From Syncephalis fuscata S228 (taxonomy: Eukaryota > Fungi > Zoopagomycota), in the NCBI GenBank assembly GCA_025786725.1, contig JAHLTZ010000053.1:43383-107382 (forward strand): a DNA stretch of 64,000 nucleotides. Reading direction: 5' to 3'. The position numbers were made by a program, and so were the translations under genes. The notes beneath the pieces are model-generated. The model ran no database searches and was not told the origin of the DNA. It was given only the letters and a program-made list of their open reading frames with translations. Of this stretch, positions 26,125 through 43,813 are shown piece by piece. Position 1 is the first letter of the stretch. Every line of letters starts with the position of its first letter.

Positions 26125-27063
26125 ATCACCAAAAAAGCATGAATCAAAAATAACATCATCAGAACGACTTTTATTAGTCGATATTATGCAGGAGCAGAAG
26201 GCAACTAGTTCAACAACAAGCTCTTCAGCGTCCAAAAAACAAGCAGCCAGCATAGCTAAATCAATAGCAGTAACATCTCCAAACACGGTAACTGCCATGC
26301 ATTATTCTTACTTTAACCGACTAATAGATACTGGATAATAGATGTCTCGTGTTGCCATGCCGGCATCGCCACCAGCAACAAAAGAGACGACGACGATTCC
26401 AATAGCTATAAAGCCGAAATTATCACAACGTGAACGAAAACGTCAGTCACAACACACGGGCAAAGACCAAATATCACCACGCACGCCACCTACTGCTGCT
26501 GCCGCTGTCACTTGGGGACTGCCCACTTCGAGTTCTATCACTTCAATTATTCCTACTGGTCAATCACCTAGCAAAGCAGCACCATCACCAATAGCAATAA
26601 ATAAAACTCGACGAGATTCGAAAGAAGGAAGAGTGGAACGACCAAGTCATCGAGTGATAGAACAATCTGCTGCACACAAATCTAATTCGGCCCGTGGCTG
26701 GTCAGTGCCACTCATTGGAACTACACCTCTAATGTCAAGTACGTCTAGTAAGGATTTCCAAATATAACAACACCTGTGCATGATACACTGAGGACGGATG
26801 TGCATAAGCGTCGACCATCTCGTAAACAACAGTTGAATCCATCATCGTCAACACCCTCTGTATCAACTACTTCTGGTGAATTCACCTTTATTCAAATTCA
26901 ACGAGAACAAGAAGCGGAACAGCGTCGATTAAGTGAACTGCGCTCGAATAAACGCAGCCTTGTTGATATTCAAACGGAAGAATTAGTGATCCAGGCATGG
27001 CGGGAATACTATGCTGATTTGGGCATTGAGAATTGGGAACCGCCGGCCGATTTTAAGATATAA
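26125..27063 (+). pseudogene. Orphan C-terminal portion of an IBTK/Btb1-like protein (no upstream exons found)
   Basis: KPKLSQRERKR, FIQIQREQE, KRSLVDIQTEELVIQAWREYY resemble the IBTK tail; begins at a splice acceptor (26124) preceded by AT-rich non-coding DNA. Confidence 0.5.
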
Positions 27064-27160
27064 TTGACAATAAATTTAATATACACGACGATTATACATC
27101 AATAGCTAATACAATATTATTAATGAATTATTTATTATTTATTGTTTAATTAAACATAGC

Positions 27161-28331
27161 TTAAGCATTGCTTGGTTGATTAAGTCTATTGAATATTTCT
27201 TGCTCATGTGGAAATACAATATTCATTAGCATCTCGTGTGGAGTGTATCGCTGAGCAGGATCTGGTAACAGCAAAAGTGTGATCCACAGGACAATGGCAA
27301 TAGTATTATATTGGTCAGCAATACTGTTGAATTTTGAATCAATCTCAATTAACTCATGCTGAATCTTCTTCAGGTTGAATGCTTTAATTAAAGTAGTCTT
27401 ATATCTATCTTTTATCTCTTTAATATTTAAATTGAGGGAATTACCGTATGGAAGCCTTTTCATCAATAGCTCGTACAATACTACACCAATCGCCCAAGAT
27501 TCGGATTTAGTAAAACTAAATTTAATACCATGCACAAATGTCTCAGGACTACAATAGGCTAATGTCACACACGTTAAACGACCCTCCATACTAGATGGTA
27601 CTTCAATAGCATTATAAAAATTGATAAGTTTGAGTGAAACAAGGCCCGTATTATCTATGTCAATAAGAATGTCTGATACAAATGTTAGGTGATATTGAAG
27701 ATGTGTACAAACTTACTATTGGGCTGGATATTACGATGTATAATATTTTTGCAATGAAGATAGGCATTGGCTATTGTAATTCAAGTTATGTTTGTAAATA
27801 TAACTACAGCTGTAAGTAAAGTCACCTACCCATTAACAATTGGCGGGTAATGCTATAAGCAGCCTTGTATCGATCAACTATAGAAGCCTGGTCTATAAAT
27901 TCGCTGAGACTAACAGTAGTTTCTGTTCTTGGATAAACTGTACAATCAAACCCATTATTTGTACTAAAGGTGTTTGTAATCGGTAAAAAAAGATTATGAA
28001 CCCAGTAGGGTAGACCACATTCATCATTGCCTGGATTTGAATTAAAGATTTTCTACAGCAATATTAACATTTATTATAGTATATACATTCAGCAAAAGTA
28101 TTACCTTTATAATGTTTAGTCCTTCGTATATATTGCCTTTTGTTTGGCACATTTTAAAAAAACGGGTTTTTGGAAAAAGTATGCTTTAGTGTTATTATAT
28201 GGCCTTTTAGATATCCATTTAATATCGTTAAACCAGCTACTGATGAAAATCTGGATATTCTCTAGCAATGACTGTTTTAAAGGCTTTCGAATAATTTTGT
28301 TGATGTTACATGGCTTTATTGGGACTAGCAC
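27161..28331 (-). CDS. Protein kinase-fold protein, predicted pseudokinase (multi-exon; 5' end uncertain)
   Basis: VFLKC, AYLHCKNIIHRNIQPNNILID, LKLINFYNA, TLAYCSPE, KSESWAIGVVLYELLMKRLPY, PDPAQRYT. Confidence 0.75.
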
Positions 28332-29016
28332 ATAATACTTTTGTAATAGTGTTGGATGTTAGCTACAAACAACTACAGCTATAACGATAATAATTTTAAG
28401 CGGATATCAAAAAGCATTTTCTAATAAGAATGGACTGAGCAGCGCTAAGTAAATGGTTAATGGCTTAGAAAAGAAAATTTGATTGATTTTCATAACCAAT
28501 ATCTGGCTTCAATTGTTATAGTCCCGTTGTAGCAACGACATGTGGAATTGGACCGATTCGGCATTATTATCATATTGATGATTTAAAATAGAATAGTTGT
28601 GTATTTGATTTCCATACAAAGATTGCATGTTTAAAAACAATAGCTGCAAATATCATCACATTTATATTAACAGACAATTCATTACTCCACATTTTATAAT
28701 GTACTGAAATTTGCTATATGTTATGATACAACGGCATTTGGTGTAGATTGCCTTTATTGATCTTATTATTATTACATTTATTTGTTATTATTAATGTCTG
28801 TTCTCATACTATTTGCTTTTTGTTTAGCTGATGTCTCTAATTTCATTCTGATGTAAAATTTAAAAATATGATTTATTTGAAGATCAAGACTGCTTTTATC
28901 TATAGCAAGTATTTAATTGCTGTAACAGTGTATAATAAACAAACAAGCAATTTATTTGGATTACGTATTCATGCGCGCGACAATCCCATACTATACTTTA
29001 CTATTAATGTACTGAT

Positions 29017-31841
29017 CTATTCGTATTCAACAGATCTGGCAGCACATCGTCGTGCACTGCGTGCGTATCGACGCCGCTCGTCTGCAGTACCAAAGTAAAG
29101 CGCTGCCGCCTAAATGGTGCAAGTTGTTAATTTGCTGCTATAGCCTATTTCATCAACATCAAATAATACCTTAGTATTAACATGTGTGGCCGGATTTGGC
29201 GATGGATCTTCGGTGAATAATGGGGCTATTTGTTGCAAATGCTCTTTTAAATATTCTTCTCGCTTCACACTATTAGCAATATGGCATGTATCAGTTTATT
29301 GTATTTACTCGACTAAATAAATAGAACGGTATCGCTTGGAATACCTCATTACTTACCGATAATAAGGAATGCCGTCCTCGGTAACGTGGCAATGATAGAC
29401 GGGTGTGCGGAATACGGCTCGCGGCCATACTTCAGGGAAATCTTTGTGAAATACAAGTTTTAGCTGAAAGAAGCCGCCATCATAATTGCTAAATAGTGTA
29501 ATATTGTTTGGATTAATTGATAATATATGTGCCAAGTGTTAGTGTTATCCAACTGCACAGCAGTGGCTATTCCTTACGTCATTGGTTTGCCAAAGATGGA
29601 CACGTTCCAAATATATGGATTGTCATCTTCCAAAGACAGTTCCATACCTATGGAATGTAACATGTATGCGTTATTAATAAACTATATAAATATGTGATTC
29701 ATCAGCCATATTCATGCTTACCTTCCAAACTATTCGAGTTGATAATCTGCTGTAATTGGCCACGTAAATTATCACCTGTCCCGCACTCGTCTTTAATCCA
29801 CTCCTTTGACTGTTCCTCCCATGTGCATTGCTCTTTTAGCAGTATTTGCTTGATATTTAACAAGCGTTCAACCAATTGGCTGTAGTTGAATATCCCACTC
29901 ATTTCATCATGTTCACTCTCAAACGGCATCATTTGAAATGGTGATCTGTCCTCAATCAGCTTAGATTCTGCCTCGCAAATAGCCTATGTTTAAATTAGAA
30001 ATACAGGAATTAAAAGCAGTTTAATGTGTATCTACCAAATAAGCGTTGAAATGCCATAAAAATAGTCGTTTACTAATATCGGCAAAATCATCGGTGTAAA
30101 TACCCGATCGATATGTGTATGGCATTATAGTGGTTACTTTAACATTGGATGGCATGTTGGATGGTATTCTTTTAAGCACTTCACAGTTTATTGATGTGTG
30201 CTGTTTTTTGCGAATACCTAATAGTGTCTCCAGTCGATCGCAGACTGATATGCGAATGGTTTCTAAATGTGTAAAAATATAGTTAAATCGTGCTTTATAT
30301 TTGCGTTGATTTTATTAATTACCATGCATCGTTTTACATTTATATTGCTCTTCGCGTATACTTAATAGTGCTTCAAATGCTTCACGATAATTGATAATAT
30401 TTTCATACCAATCTCCAACGCTTTCATAATAATAATAATTAATTAGAGGCATTCTGTTATTGTATATTTGTGCAGCTTCATTCGTTTCTGTAGCTTTGGT
30501 CTTGTCAGTAGTATTCATTTCATTTGGACTCTCATTTTCTGTTGTGTCCATGGAATTTGATGCTGCGTCATTAGCAATGGAACTATGACTACTTGATGGC
30601 TGCACCGATACCGGCGATATACATATGGTAGCGTTTATCGATGCTGTATCTTTGGAATTGATTACCTCGTTGTCATTGTCAACCAGCATTGTTGTAGTTG
30701 ACGGCAATTCAATCAATTCCACGTTCTTGAAATCGACCAAATCATTATCTGCTATCGTTGTTTCTATTGATTCAGATTTAGTTTCTACAGCATCCTTGGA
30801 ATCCATTGTTTCATCACTCGTCACCATTGTCATAGATGTTGGTGCAACCTCTGCTGTATATTTAGAATTGATTGCATCGCCATTAGATGCCATTGACGTA
30901 GATGATGTTGACGGCTCAGCCTCCATCAAATCAAGACCTTGAGTATGTTTTTCAATGGATGTTTCCAATTTTGAATCTCCACCAGTGAGATTTTTAAATA
31001 GCTCTATTCTAGTAGCAAAGTCGCATGTTTCAATAATATATTTTTTATCAAACCTGGTGAAGTCTGAATCTTCTTCAATCTAAGGCGAATCCAATAAAAA
31101 ATATTATTGAATATTATTTATATTTTATTATTGATCTACTTACTGCTATTTCAGACATGGTACTTTGGATTACCATTAAAACAGATAAAAAACCGTATGC
31201 CGAAGACCCTATTATTAATAGTAATAAATCAATATACTTTTCGATATCCATTGAGTTATTTACATTGTTCACCTGCTGATCCGGTCCAAGTGCCCAGCAG
31301 TGACCGCCAATTTGTTAGTTGAAAAATTAAACTAGTTATACATTATTTACCAAGAATATAAGACACACTTTGCCATCGGCGTAAAACTACACATATTAAC
31401 AGAATGGTTAATATACAAAACATTTATCAGTAATGGCAAAGTGCTTACATTGGGATTAAATCGTGTTTGACCTCCATCAGTTGTCTACATTTTATATTAA
31501 ATACTAATAGTGCCGTTTTATTTTAATTGCTACTTACAATAATTCTTACTACAGTCGGCACTGATGGATATTGGCGTGGAAATTCCATAAGAAATTCAAA
31601 CATGCCTAACGCATAACTAAGTAAAGAATCGTGTCATAGTCAGTAAACTTTGGCAAAGCCTTACTTTACTGCCAGCATTGTAATTAGTATTTTCTCAACT
31701 TACGGCGTGTGGACTGGGCCAACAATAAGAGCTCGTACTTTCGTATATTGTCATCTTGATACTTAATAAATATCTGCTCGTCTGGTGCACAAAGATACTC
31801 AAGCAATTCGCGCTGTAGGCGAAGTAATGCTTGGTCAACAT
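29017..31841 (-). CDS. UBE2Z-like E2 enzyme with second C-terminal UBC-fold domain and Ser/Thr/acidic insertion (multi-exon)
   Basis: ALLRLQRELLE, YALGMFEFLMEFPRQYP, TTDGGQTRFNPN, ADGKVCL, LGTWTGSAGEQ; second domain WNVSIFGKPMT-NYDGGFFQLKLVFHKDFPEVWPRAVFRTPVYHCHV. Confidence 0.8.
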
Positions 31842-32229
31842 TGTCGCTACTACTGTTACTAAACTTGTTGCGTGAAGTGGTATGTAAAATGTGCAAAAGA
31901 CAATGTTAAATACATTAAATGCAATTGCCTAAATAAAAACTCCGCTCATTTATGTATACCTATTTGTAAGAATGTAAATAATAAGCAATAGCAATAAAAA
32001 TGTACATATTAAACATTAAATTGAATAATATTTGCTATTTATTATTTGTAATAAGGTATATATGTGTTTGGTGGGTAAAATACAAGTTATACTAATCTAA
32101 ATTTGGTACAAATATATACATTACAGTCAAGCACTTGTGACTATTTTTACATTATAGGAATGTATTACTTTTGTGGTGTACGTGTGCATGTTCAGAATAT
32201 TTCTTTATTGCAATTATTTTATGGAGCTA

Positions 32230-32725
32230 CTGTACTTTGACTCCCACATTTTTATTTATCCATTTCACCCCTCAACACTTTAAATACAATTAAATATTTA
32301 CTTATCACTATAACATGTATAATATTACATTCAACATTAGTTAATTCATGTGTAATTATCAATACAATAATGTAATTAAATATGCCCAAAATGCACTACT
32401 AGAAAATTAGAAAATAAAACAGACCATTCAAACGCAAGAATTCACATTGTATGTAGTAACAACAACAACAAATGCAGAATAGCATGGATTGCGATCATAT
32501 GGCTTTTATTAATATTCGATCAATCTTGCTACATATGGCCAGCAACAACAACAATAATTGGTCTCAAATGTTTCAATGAAATCAAGTAGTATGTTACATT
32601 ATTTATTTAAGTCATTTCATTAACAATATTTTAATAGGAAGTAATATAGCTATGTTGTGCATAATGGCATGACTCTGATTGAAACGAATTGTGCTTTGGG
32701 GACAGATGTAGGAGTCAAAGTACAG
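32230..32725 (+). mobile_element. ~500-bp TIR element (MITE-like) carrying Fanzor C-terminal zinc finger / RuvC-III remnant, copy 3
   Basis: TIRs CTGTACTTTGACTCCCACAT (32230-32249) and ATGTAGGAGTCAAAGTACAG (32706-32725); internal ICPKCTTRKLENKTDHSNARIHIVCSNNNNKCRIAW(fs)CDHMAFINIRSILLHMASNNNNNWSQMFQ* at ~32380-32578. Confidence 0.8.
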
Positions 32726-32791
32726 TTCAACCTATTTTATAACTAAATACGTTACAATATTATACTAACAATCATACTATTTATTCATTTT

Positions 32792-33764
32792 CTAATCACG
32801 ATTTAACTCGTTTAGAATACGAAGAACGTTTAAAAACAAATTGATAAAATCAAGATACAAATCAATAGCGGCTATGATATACTCATCACACGACAAGTGA
32901 AGCATAATCTGTTGAGTATCATATACGATATAGGCCGAAAAGATAATAGATGAGAATACAGCAATGCCAAATTCTAACCATCTAGAAAAGGGGAAGAATA
33001 TCTGTATAAGGCTGGCGATGACAATCCCCCAAACACTTGCAGCCAAACTATAAATAGATTCGTTAGAATGCCATTGATTAGCTAAAACTATAGATGATCC
33101 AATCACTGCAACACTTACAATGGTCCCATTCCAGAAAAGTCGTACTTTGTCTGCATAGTAAAAAGTGTTAAGCCAACGAAAATACCCACTGTAATAGCGA
33201 GTGCCTGCAATACTATGACCGTGTCATAAAAGGTCACTAGTAAACGACATAAGTGCTACAGTCCTATTTGATAGTGCTTTGTTTCACCTACCGATAGCAC
33301 CAACGGTGTAACTTTCTGCAAGAGTGAAAAGTCCTAGCAAGTACATATTGGCTGGATGCGATTCACGATAGTACAAAAGCGCAATCAATATACCCATAGT
33401 AGATAGTGCAGTGCCCAGTAAGACCCATGGACTAGTTTGCACCCAGCTTTTTATACTATCATTTGTTATGAACAGGGCACTGATACCAGCCGTAACCAAC
33501 AGCTGCGTCGTAAATATACCGTAGACTTTACGAACAAACGCTATAGAAGTGGCCAATTAGCGCTGTATATCAAGCAATATTGGCGCACTTACCTTGCCGA
33601 ATAGTGACGTCGGATTCAGCCACATTGACACCGTATTTAAAGTCATCAGGTAAGTGGTCAGTTGGCAGTGCCCTACTACTGCCTTGTTGTGTAGTCCCAA
33701 GATCTATGGCACTTCCATAAGGTGGTGGTGCTGACTGGCTAATACTTTGATAGTTGGTCGACAT
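32792..33764 (-). CDS. BXI1: Bax inhibitor-1 / TMBIM (lifeguard, BXI1-like) membrane protein
   Basis: PDDFKYGVNVAESDVTIR-AFVRKVYGI, HPANMYLLGLFTLAESYTVG, FSAYIVYDTQQIM, DEYIIAAIDLYLDFINLFL. Confidence 0.9.
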
Positions 33765-34070
33765 GTTAAAAGAGTTGAAAAGAAACAAGGCTAGCGAGAG
33801 GGATTCTATGTTTCAGATACACCTCATTTATTAATAATACGTCACATGATAATGATGAGTTGTCATTATTGATGATGGTCCGCTACACCCTTAACATAGC
33901 GACATTCTTTCTTTTTGTAGTCTCCCTTAGGAGATTGGCCCACACACACACACAACTACTGCTACTGAAGCTTTATTTAAATATTAAGACTCCTTTAAAC
34001 TTGTATAACACTTGGTATTTCGTATTCGTTTGTATACACGATTTGGATACGTGTATGCATATGAAGAAGA

Positions 34071-37920
<3,850 letters not shown>

Positions 37921-37956
37921 GAAGCACTATGTCTATGCTGTACATCTATACGTTTA

Positions 37957-38960
37957 TTAGGACGATTTGGATCGATGACGTCGATATGACACTTCCTGTC
38001 GTATGTTCATTTCATGTTCAATCAAATATTGTTTAAAATCTATTTGAAGATTAAAACACTTATATAATAAATAACACCATTGAACCAGTGCTTACCTGGA
38101 TAGCGTAAATCAAATGGAACACAAATAAACCCTAAACGATCTCTTCCATAAGCATGTCCCACTAGAATAGGCAATTGCCACCAACAACTTGTACTAATAT
38201 CATCTATACTTATTGGCGTATTATTTGTAAATTCATAAAGACGTTTATATGCCTTCGTTGCTTGTATAGACGTAATACCCGGTAAAGTATAGATTTGAGT
38301 GAATGCAACGAATGATTACATTGTTTGTCAGAGGAGTTGTTATAGCCATTTGCGCACGTAATCCACGTTCAAATTGTTGTCGAATGCTTGGTATACTGCC
38401 ATTACAATTCATTGACATTGCATAGATGATACTGCCGAATTATTTAATGATACATCTAAATCATAAAGTAGCTGAAACTCTTCCTTTGATGGTTCAATAT
38501 TAGCTTTCTGACACAGTTTAAAGAAAGTGGATATCAAATGGTATGATGTTGCCGTTTCATTAAATTGCATCTGTATTCTATTTTTACTCTCTCGTTGTTT
38601 CGTAATATTAGCACTAATAGTAGAGTTTTGAGGAAAAGACAAGTGATTAGGGAGATTGGCCGACATTGTTATCTCCTTATACTCGGTCTTTACTACTGCG
38701 GGAGTAATATCACGCGTATGTAAAACAATATCAACGTTTGCGTTCGAGGAATAAGTACGCGAAGGAGACGAATAGGGAGGCGATAGAATAGGAGTAAGTA
38801 GCTGGTGTAATCTCTGTAGAGATGTTTCGTTAACGTGTTTTTTGTGTGGTGTATTTTGAAAGTAATCTGGATGAACACGAAAAAGAAGACGACGTAAATG
38901 CTGTTTTACAGCTTTAGACAGCAGTGAAGACGAAGAAGCTGTCGTTGAAGACATCGACAT
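37957..38960 (-). CDS. DUF4460 / TCAIM-like protein (J-domain-like HPD), apparent frameshift near 38410
   Basis: LRRLLFRVHPDYFQNTPHKKHVNETSLQRL; C-terminal WWQLPILVG..GFICVPFD, last exon ending ...RSKSS*. Confidence 0.72.
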
Positions 38961-40109
38961 GATGGTAAATAGATAGAATAAAGAAATGGTTAAATAATAT
39001 AACAATAGTTATAAAAAGATAAAAAATATAAAAATGATTTATATTAATTATATTCAAATGCCAAGCAAATGACGGTGGCTATCCTATTACTTATAGTCAC
39101 TGCACCATTAACAATACAACCATTATAGATTATTACCTACTAATTGTATTAATAGACTAGTATAGATAGTAAAGGATGATTGGGTAGCTTTTGGGGTTAC
39201 CTCGCATAAGAACCTGTTACTCACATCTATTTAATACAGAGGCTCTATTGTTACTGCGCCTTTCTACGCCCTTCCTACCTTCATTCATTCATTCATTCGA
39301 TTTACTCTATCAATTGTCGTTCACAACTTGTAACTGTGATTACAGCCATTGTTACACTATTGCTCATTATTATAGCGCATTACTTTCTACTACTATCATT
39401 CTATATCAGTGCAGGCATTGTTTATTCTTTTCTCTTTTTGAAGTCAACTCTTCACACTGCGTACTACATAACACAATAACTATTATAATAGTTAACACCG
39501 CCCACTTACTCCACTATCCACACACACACACAATCTATACGTTTGCACTTGCATTCGTACTTGCCCCTTTGCTCTATAAAAGCACTATAAACATATAATA
39601 TAGCTTTACTGAAAGAGGAGAAGAAGGAGGAGGAGAAGAGAGCAAGTAAAGCAATCACGCAATTTCACACCGCCCAAACTCATATTATCCACGTGTGCAC
39701 AGGTGCGCGTCTTTGCCTGCCTATCTTTTCCTTTCTATAGTTTTATTTTGTATTATTGTTATTGCGGCAATAGCCGTAGTAACGACGATCGCCTTTTTTA
39801 TCGACCACTACTGTTCGTAACAGCGTAATTCCATATTATATTTAATCTATTGTACGGCACTATTTATCAAGCCATTCATCTTTATTACGGCAATTGATCG
39901 CCACAAGTTTCTTTGTTGTCTCGTGGTTGGTCATCATCTTCTTAACGCGAGGAAAGAGCACAAGCAGAGATTATTGTGTTGCTTCAAGGACTTGTTGGCT
40001 GGCTGTGTTGCTTTGTGTATATCGTTGTTGGTCCATCTTTGTTATTATCAAGTAGCAAGGCTTTAACTTTCTTTTACTACCATCTACTGTCATTCACAGC
40101 TAAGAAGCA

Positions 40110-43100
40110 ATGTCGAATCAGCAAAATGTAAGTAGATACTATAACTTTTATTTATATTACTAATAGTTGTATATGTATATGTATATCTACTATTATGCTT
40201 CTACCTCGTGTAACTCGTGTGTGCTTCTATTAATGATACGCGTTAACAGTCACGACCCAGTGGCATTCCAATGCCAAGTCGAAGTGGTACACCAACGCAG
40301 ATGCATCGTCCCAGTGGATTGCCACGACCAGCAGGTGGTGCATCTACATTGCCCAGAGTAGAAAGTAGACGGCCATCCTTGACGTCGAGTGGTTCATTAA
40401 ATAGTATACAAGCCACTGCCATGGCCAATGCAGTAGCTGCGGCCAATTCTCGTATTCCTACACCACTTCGTAAATCGTCAATGGATGCTGCGTTAAATGG
40501 ATTAAATGCCGTGCCAGCAGCTACAGTTACTTCAGCGGCAACCATGGCCAATTAATGGATTTATTTACACCATCCGAATCTATTAAAACTCAGTTAAATA
40601 ATAGTAATAATAATACGACAACAGCAATACCAAAGAAATCAACAATAACAACAACAGCATCGGCATCATCATCAACAACAAGTGTTAATAATATCAATAA
40701 TGCTGATAGTAATAGTAATATAGCTGGCGGTGAAGCGAGTAATACAGGCGGTACACGAATTGTACGTACCAGCAGTGCAGGCAGTGGTGGTATGGTGCCT
40801 AAAAGCCCACTTACTATTGTTAGAGAAGAAAAGAATGGCAATGTTTCTGATGATTCATATGAAGACGAAGAAGTACTGGCCATCACGGGCGGTATAGCTG
40901 GTGTTGATCAGATGCGACAGCGTACAGCTACTCAGACACTGGCCGACTTTCTACGAACCACGGGGCCACAAGATTATGGTATGGCAACACAGCGACCACC
41001 TTCTCGTGCTCAAACACCAGTAAAGAAACGACGTGGTCTATTTTTCCGTCGTAAAAAGAAACAGCCTATACGTACAGCATCACCGGCACCTGGCAGTATT
41101 CCACGCCTACAAGATACGAGTGCGGATAGTGGTAATAAAGCACCTAGTGGTATTCCTGTACCATCAAGTATTGGACAGCCTTCACAAATTGCTCGACCTA
41201 TGTCGCCAGCTCATCGTGGCGGTAGTTGGCGATTACGACGTAAATTTGTTGCTCTTATGCCTGGATTGCCAGGTCAGCCACAGCTACGCACTCGTCCTCC
41301 TAGTGCACTGCGTAATCGAGTGGATATTTCTGAAAAGCCTGCGCTTATACCGACCACTAATAATCAAGGCAAACAATCGCTTGAAATGGTAGCGGCTACC
41401 AATGCGGCCAAGAATGCATTTCTATCTATCCCTGGTAATACTGGCTTTTCACAAAATGCTTCAGCCGCTAGTTCACCCTCTGGTTCACCCGTCTTGGCAC
41501 CACAGTCTATCAATGAATCAAGTGTACCAGCAGTGGGTCGAACTAGTATGGAAGAGCCGCTGTCACCGGTTGGCAAGTCATTGACATCATTTCAGTCTGA
41601 ATTTTCAGCAGCATTGGCCGCATTTCTACAACGACCCGATGGTGCTGGCATGTCGGCCAGTTCACGCATTGCTGCATTCCAAGCTGCCTATGGCGATATT
41701 CGATTAGAAGATACGTATAAACGAAAGCGTAAGGTACAATTTTCACGCACCGATGATCTAATCGACGAAGAAATGAAAATACCCAGCAAAGCAGCCACCG
41801 AACAAGTCGATGAATGTGACTCAGCCGTTGACGATGATAGTGTTGATGATAGTAACATTGATGAAGATGAAGACATATTTGTAACACTTGAAACACCTAT
41901 TAATGGTGCCAAGTCAAACATATTGAATCCATCGACCAGACGATTGACAGCATCCAATAGCAAAACGGTTGGTGTACAAGTTGATTTACATGGTCTATGT
42001 CAGCAATGTGAACGTCGTCTATCTTCACCTATAGCTGCAACAGCACCAACACAAGCAAAAACGACTAATACAACCGAAAATTATTCTATTAATGGATATC
42101 CAGGCTTGTACGGTCAAGATGGTGATGACAATAGCGAGTTAGGCCGTTCTATTTCACCACCACCTGCCTATCAATCATCGACTATGAATGAGTTTTTAGG
42201 CATGGTACGTACAGCGCGTCGTTCTGTTCGACATATGCAAGTACAGACCAGTGCTAGTTGTTTCTCGCCTGATATGGTAATAGCTGCTGATGCATTGGCA
42301 CCACAGCCACCACCACCACCTAAAGTGAACATGTCAACGCAAACAGTTAAATTTAGCACAGTAGGTCGTGGTGCAGGTGGCAATACAGTAGCCAATTCAC
42401 CATTAATGGCATTGGCTCGTCGTCATCGTCGATTACTTTCAGATACCATTAGTACAAATAGTAGTGTCAGCAGTCTTTTATTAGATACTGGCCTTGAAAC
42501 AGACGATGATTACGATGAATATGGCAATCGTAGTGGCGCTAATGATAGTGAAGGTAGCCGACTAGCGATCAACGTTCTTATGTCGCAACAATCCGATCTA
42601 CGTGGCCGACTTGAAGATGCCGAAGAGTTGCTACGCGTAGAACGTCGTGACAGAGAACGTCTTGAAACAGCCATGACGCAAGCAAGGGCCAAATTTGATG
42701 GTGTTTCCGCACAAGCTTATAAAGCAATACGTTCACTTATGGAAGAGCGAAGTGTGCTTATGGATGAAGTACAGCGATTACGTCGATTTGCTAACGAATT
42801 ACTAAATACATCAGTGATGGCAGCCAATTCAGCCAATGGTATTGCTAGTATCAATAAGCAGCAGCAACAACATCAACGCCGAATAGCAATATGGATCGCA
42901 ATTTAATGGTAATTGATGGTGATGATGATGATGATGATGGCTATGTCGATACAGATTCGCCGACCTTTTCAGCTACACCTTATGGTCAGCCTATGTCACC
43001 AGCTGACATTAAACAATTGACGGTATTGCCACCAGCAACAATAGTCACTACAAATACTACACGTAATGGTGGCGGTGGTGGTGGTCATAATAATGCTAAC

Positions 43101-43121
43101 AATAGATCGATTATGAATTGA
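40110..43121 (+). CDS. Large low-complexity protein with LADFLRTTGP motif and C-terminal coiled coil (frameshifts near 40555, 42895)
   Basis: Short first exon ATGTCGAATCAGCAAAAT|GTAAGT; 783-aa ORF; heptad region LEDAEELLRVERRDRERLETAM. Confidence 0.75.
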
Positions 43122-43813
43122 TAATACAAAAGCAAAAAAGAAGCTGCGCTTTTATGATCATTGAATATCATTTTGTTATGACTATTTTGTTATTTTTCTA
43201 ATTGTTTTTGCCTAAAAAACCTCTATATTGTTATTGTTGTTGATTTTTTTCTACCTATTTTATCTCTATACTTATACGGTTATATATATATATACACTTT
43301 ATCGTTTCTCTATACATTAAGTTTCATTAATATTTATGATTAAAATGATTATTTTTTACTTATATCCTACAATATACTTTTTATTTAATGGTTATAATAT
43401 TATTTGATCATTGATATAATTTAATACACAGTTAAACATTCAATTGCGCAAATATAATTAATTAACAATATCTAACACTTAATCATATTAAATAATTAAT
43501 AGAAATAAACCTTGATTATTGAGTTTAGTAAAATTGCAGATATTTGTGAATGAATAATAAATAGCTTCTAATAGAAAACGATGTTGTAACCAAGTGCGAA
43601 CCTTAATAATTTGAATATGGTTTTACTCAAGTCACATGTCTTCTGTCATACTGCCATGCTTAAGACAAAGACAACAGTATCCCTTGTTCTCTTCATCTCG
43701 CCTAGTTAAACCAACCAACCATTTTTATTCCTTTGTTCATCAGAAAGTATCTGATACTCGTTTTTGATATTATATCTTTATTTCTCTATATACACATTTA
43801 CTGATAAATTGAC

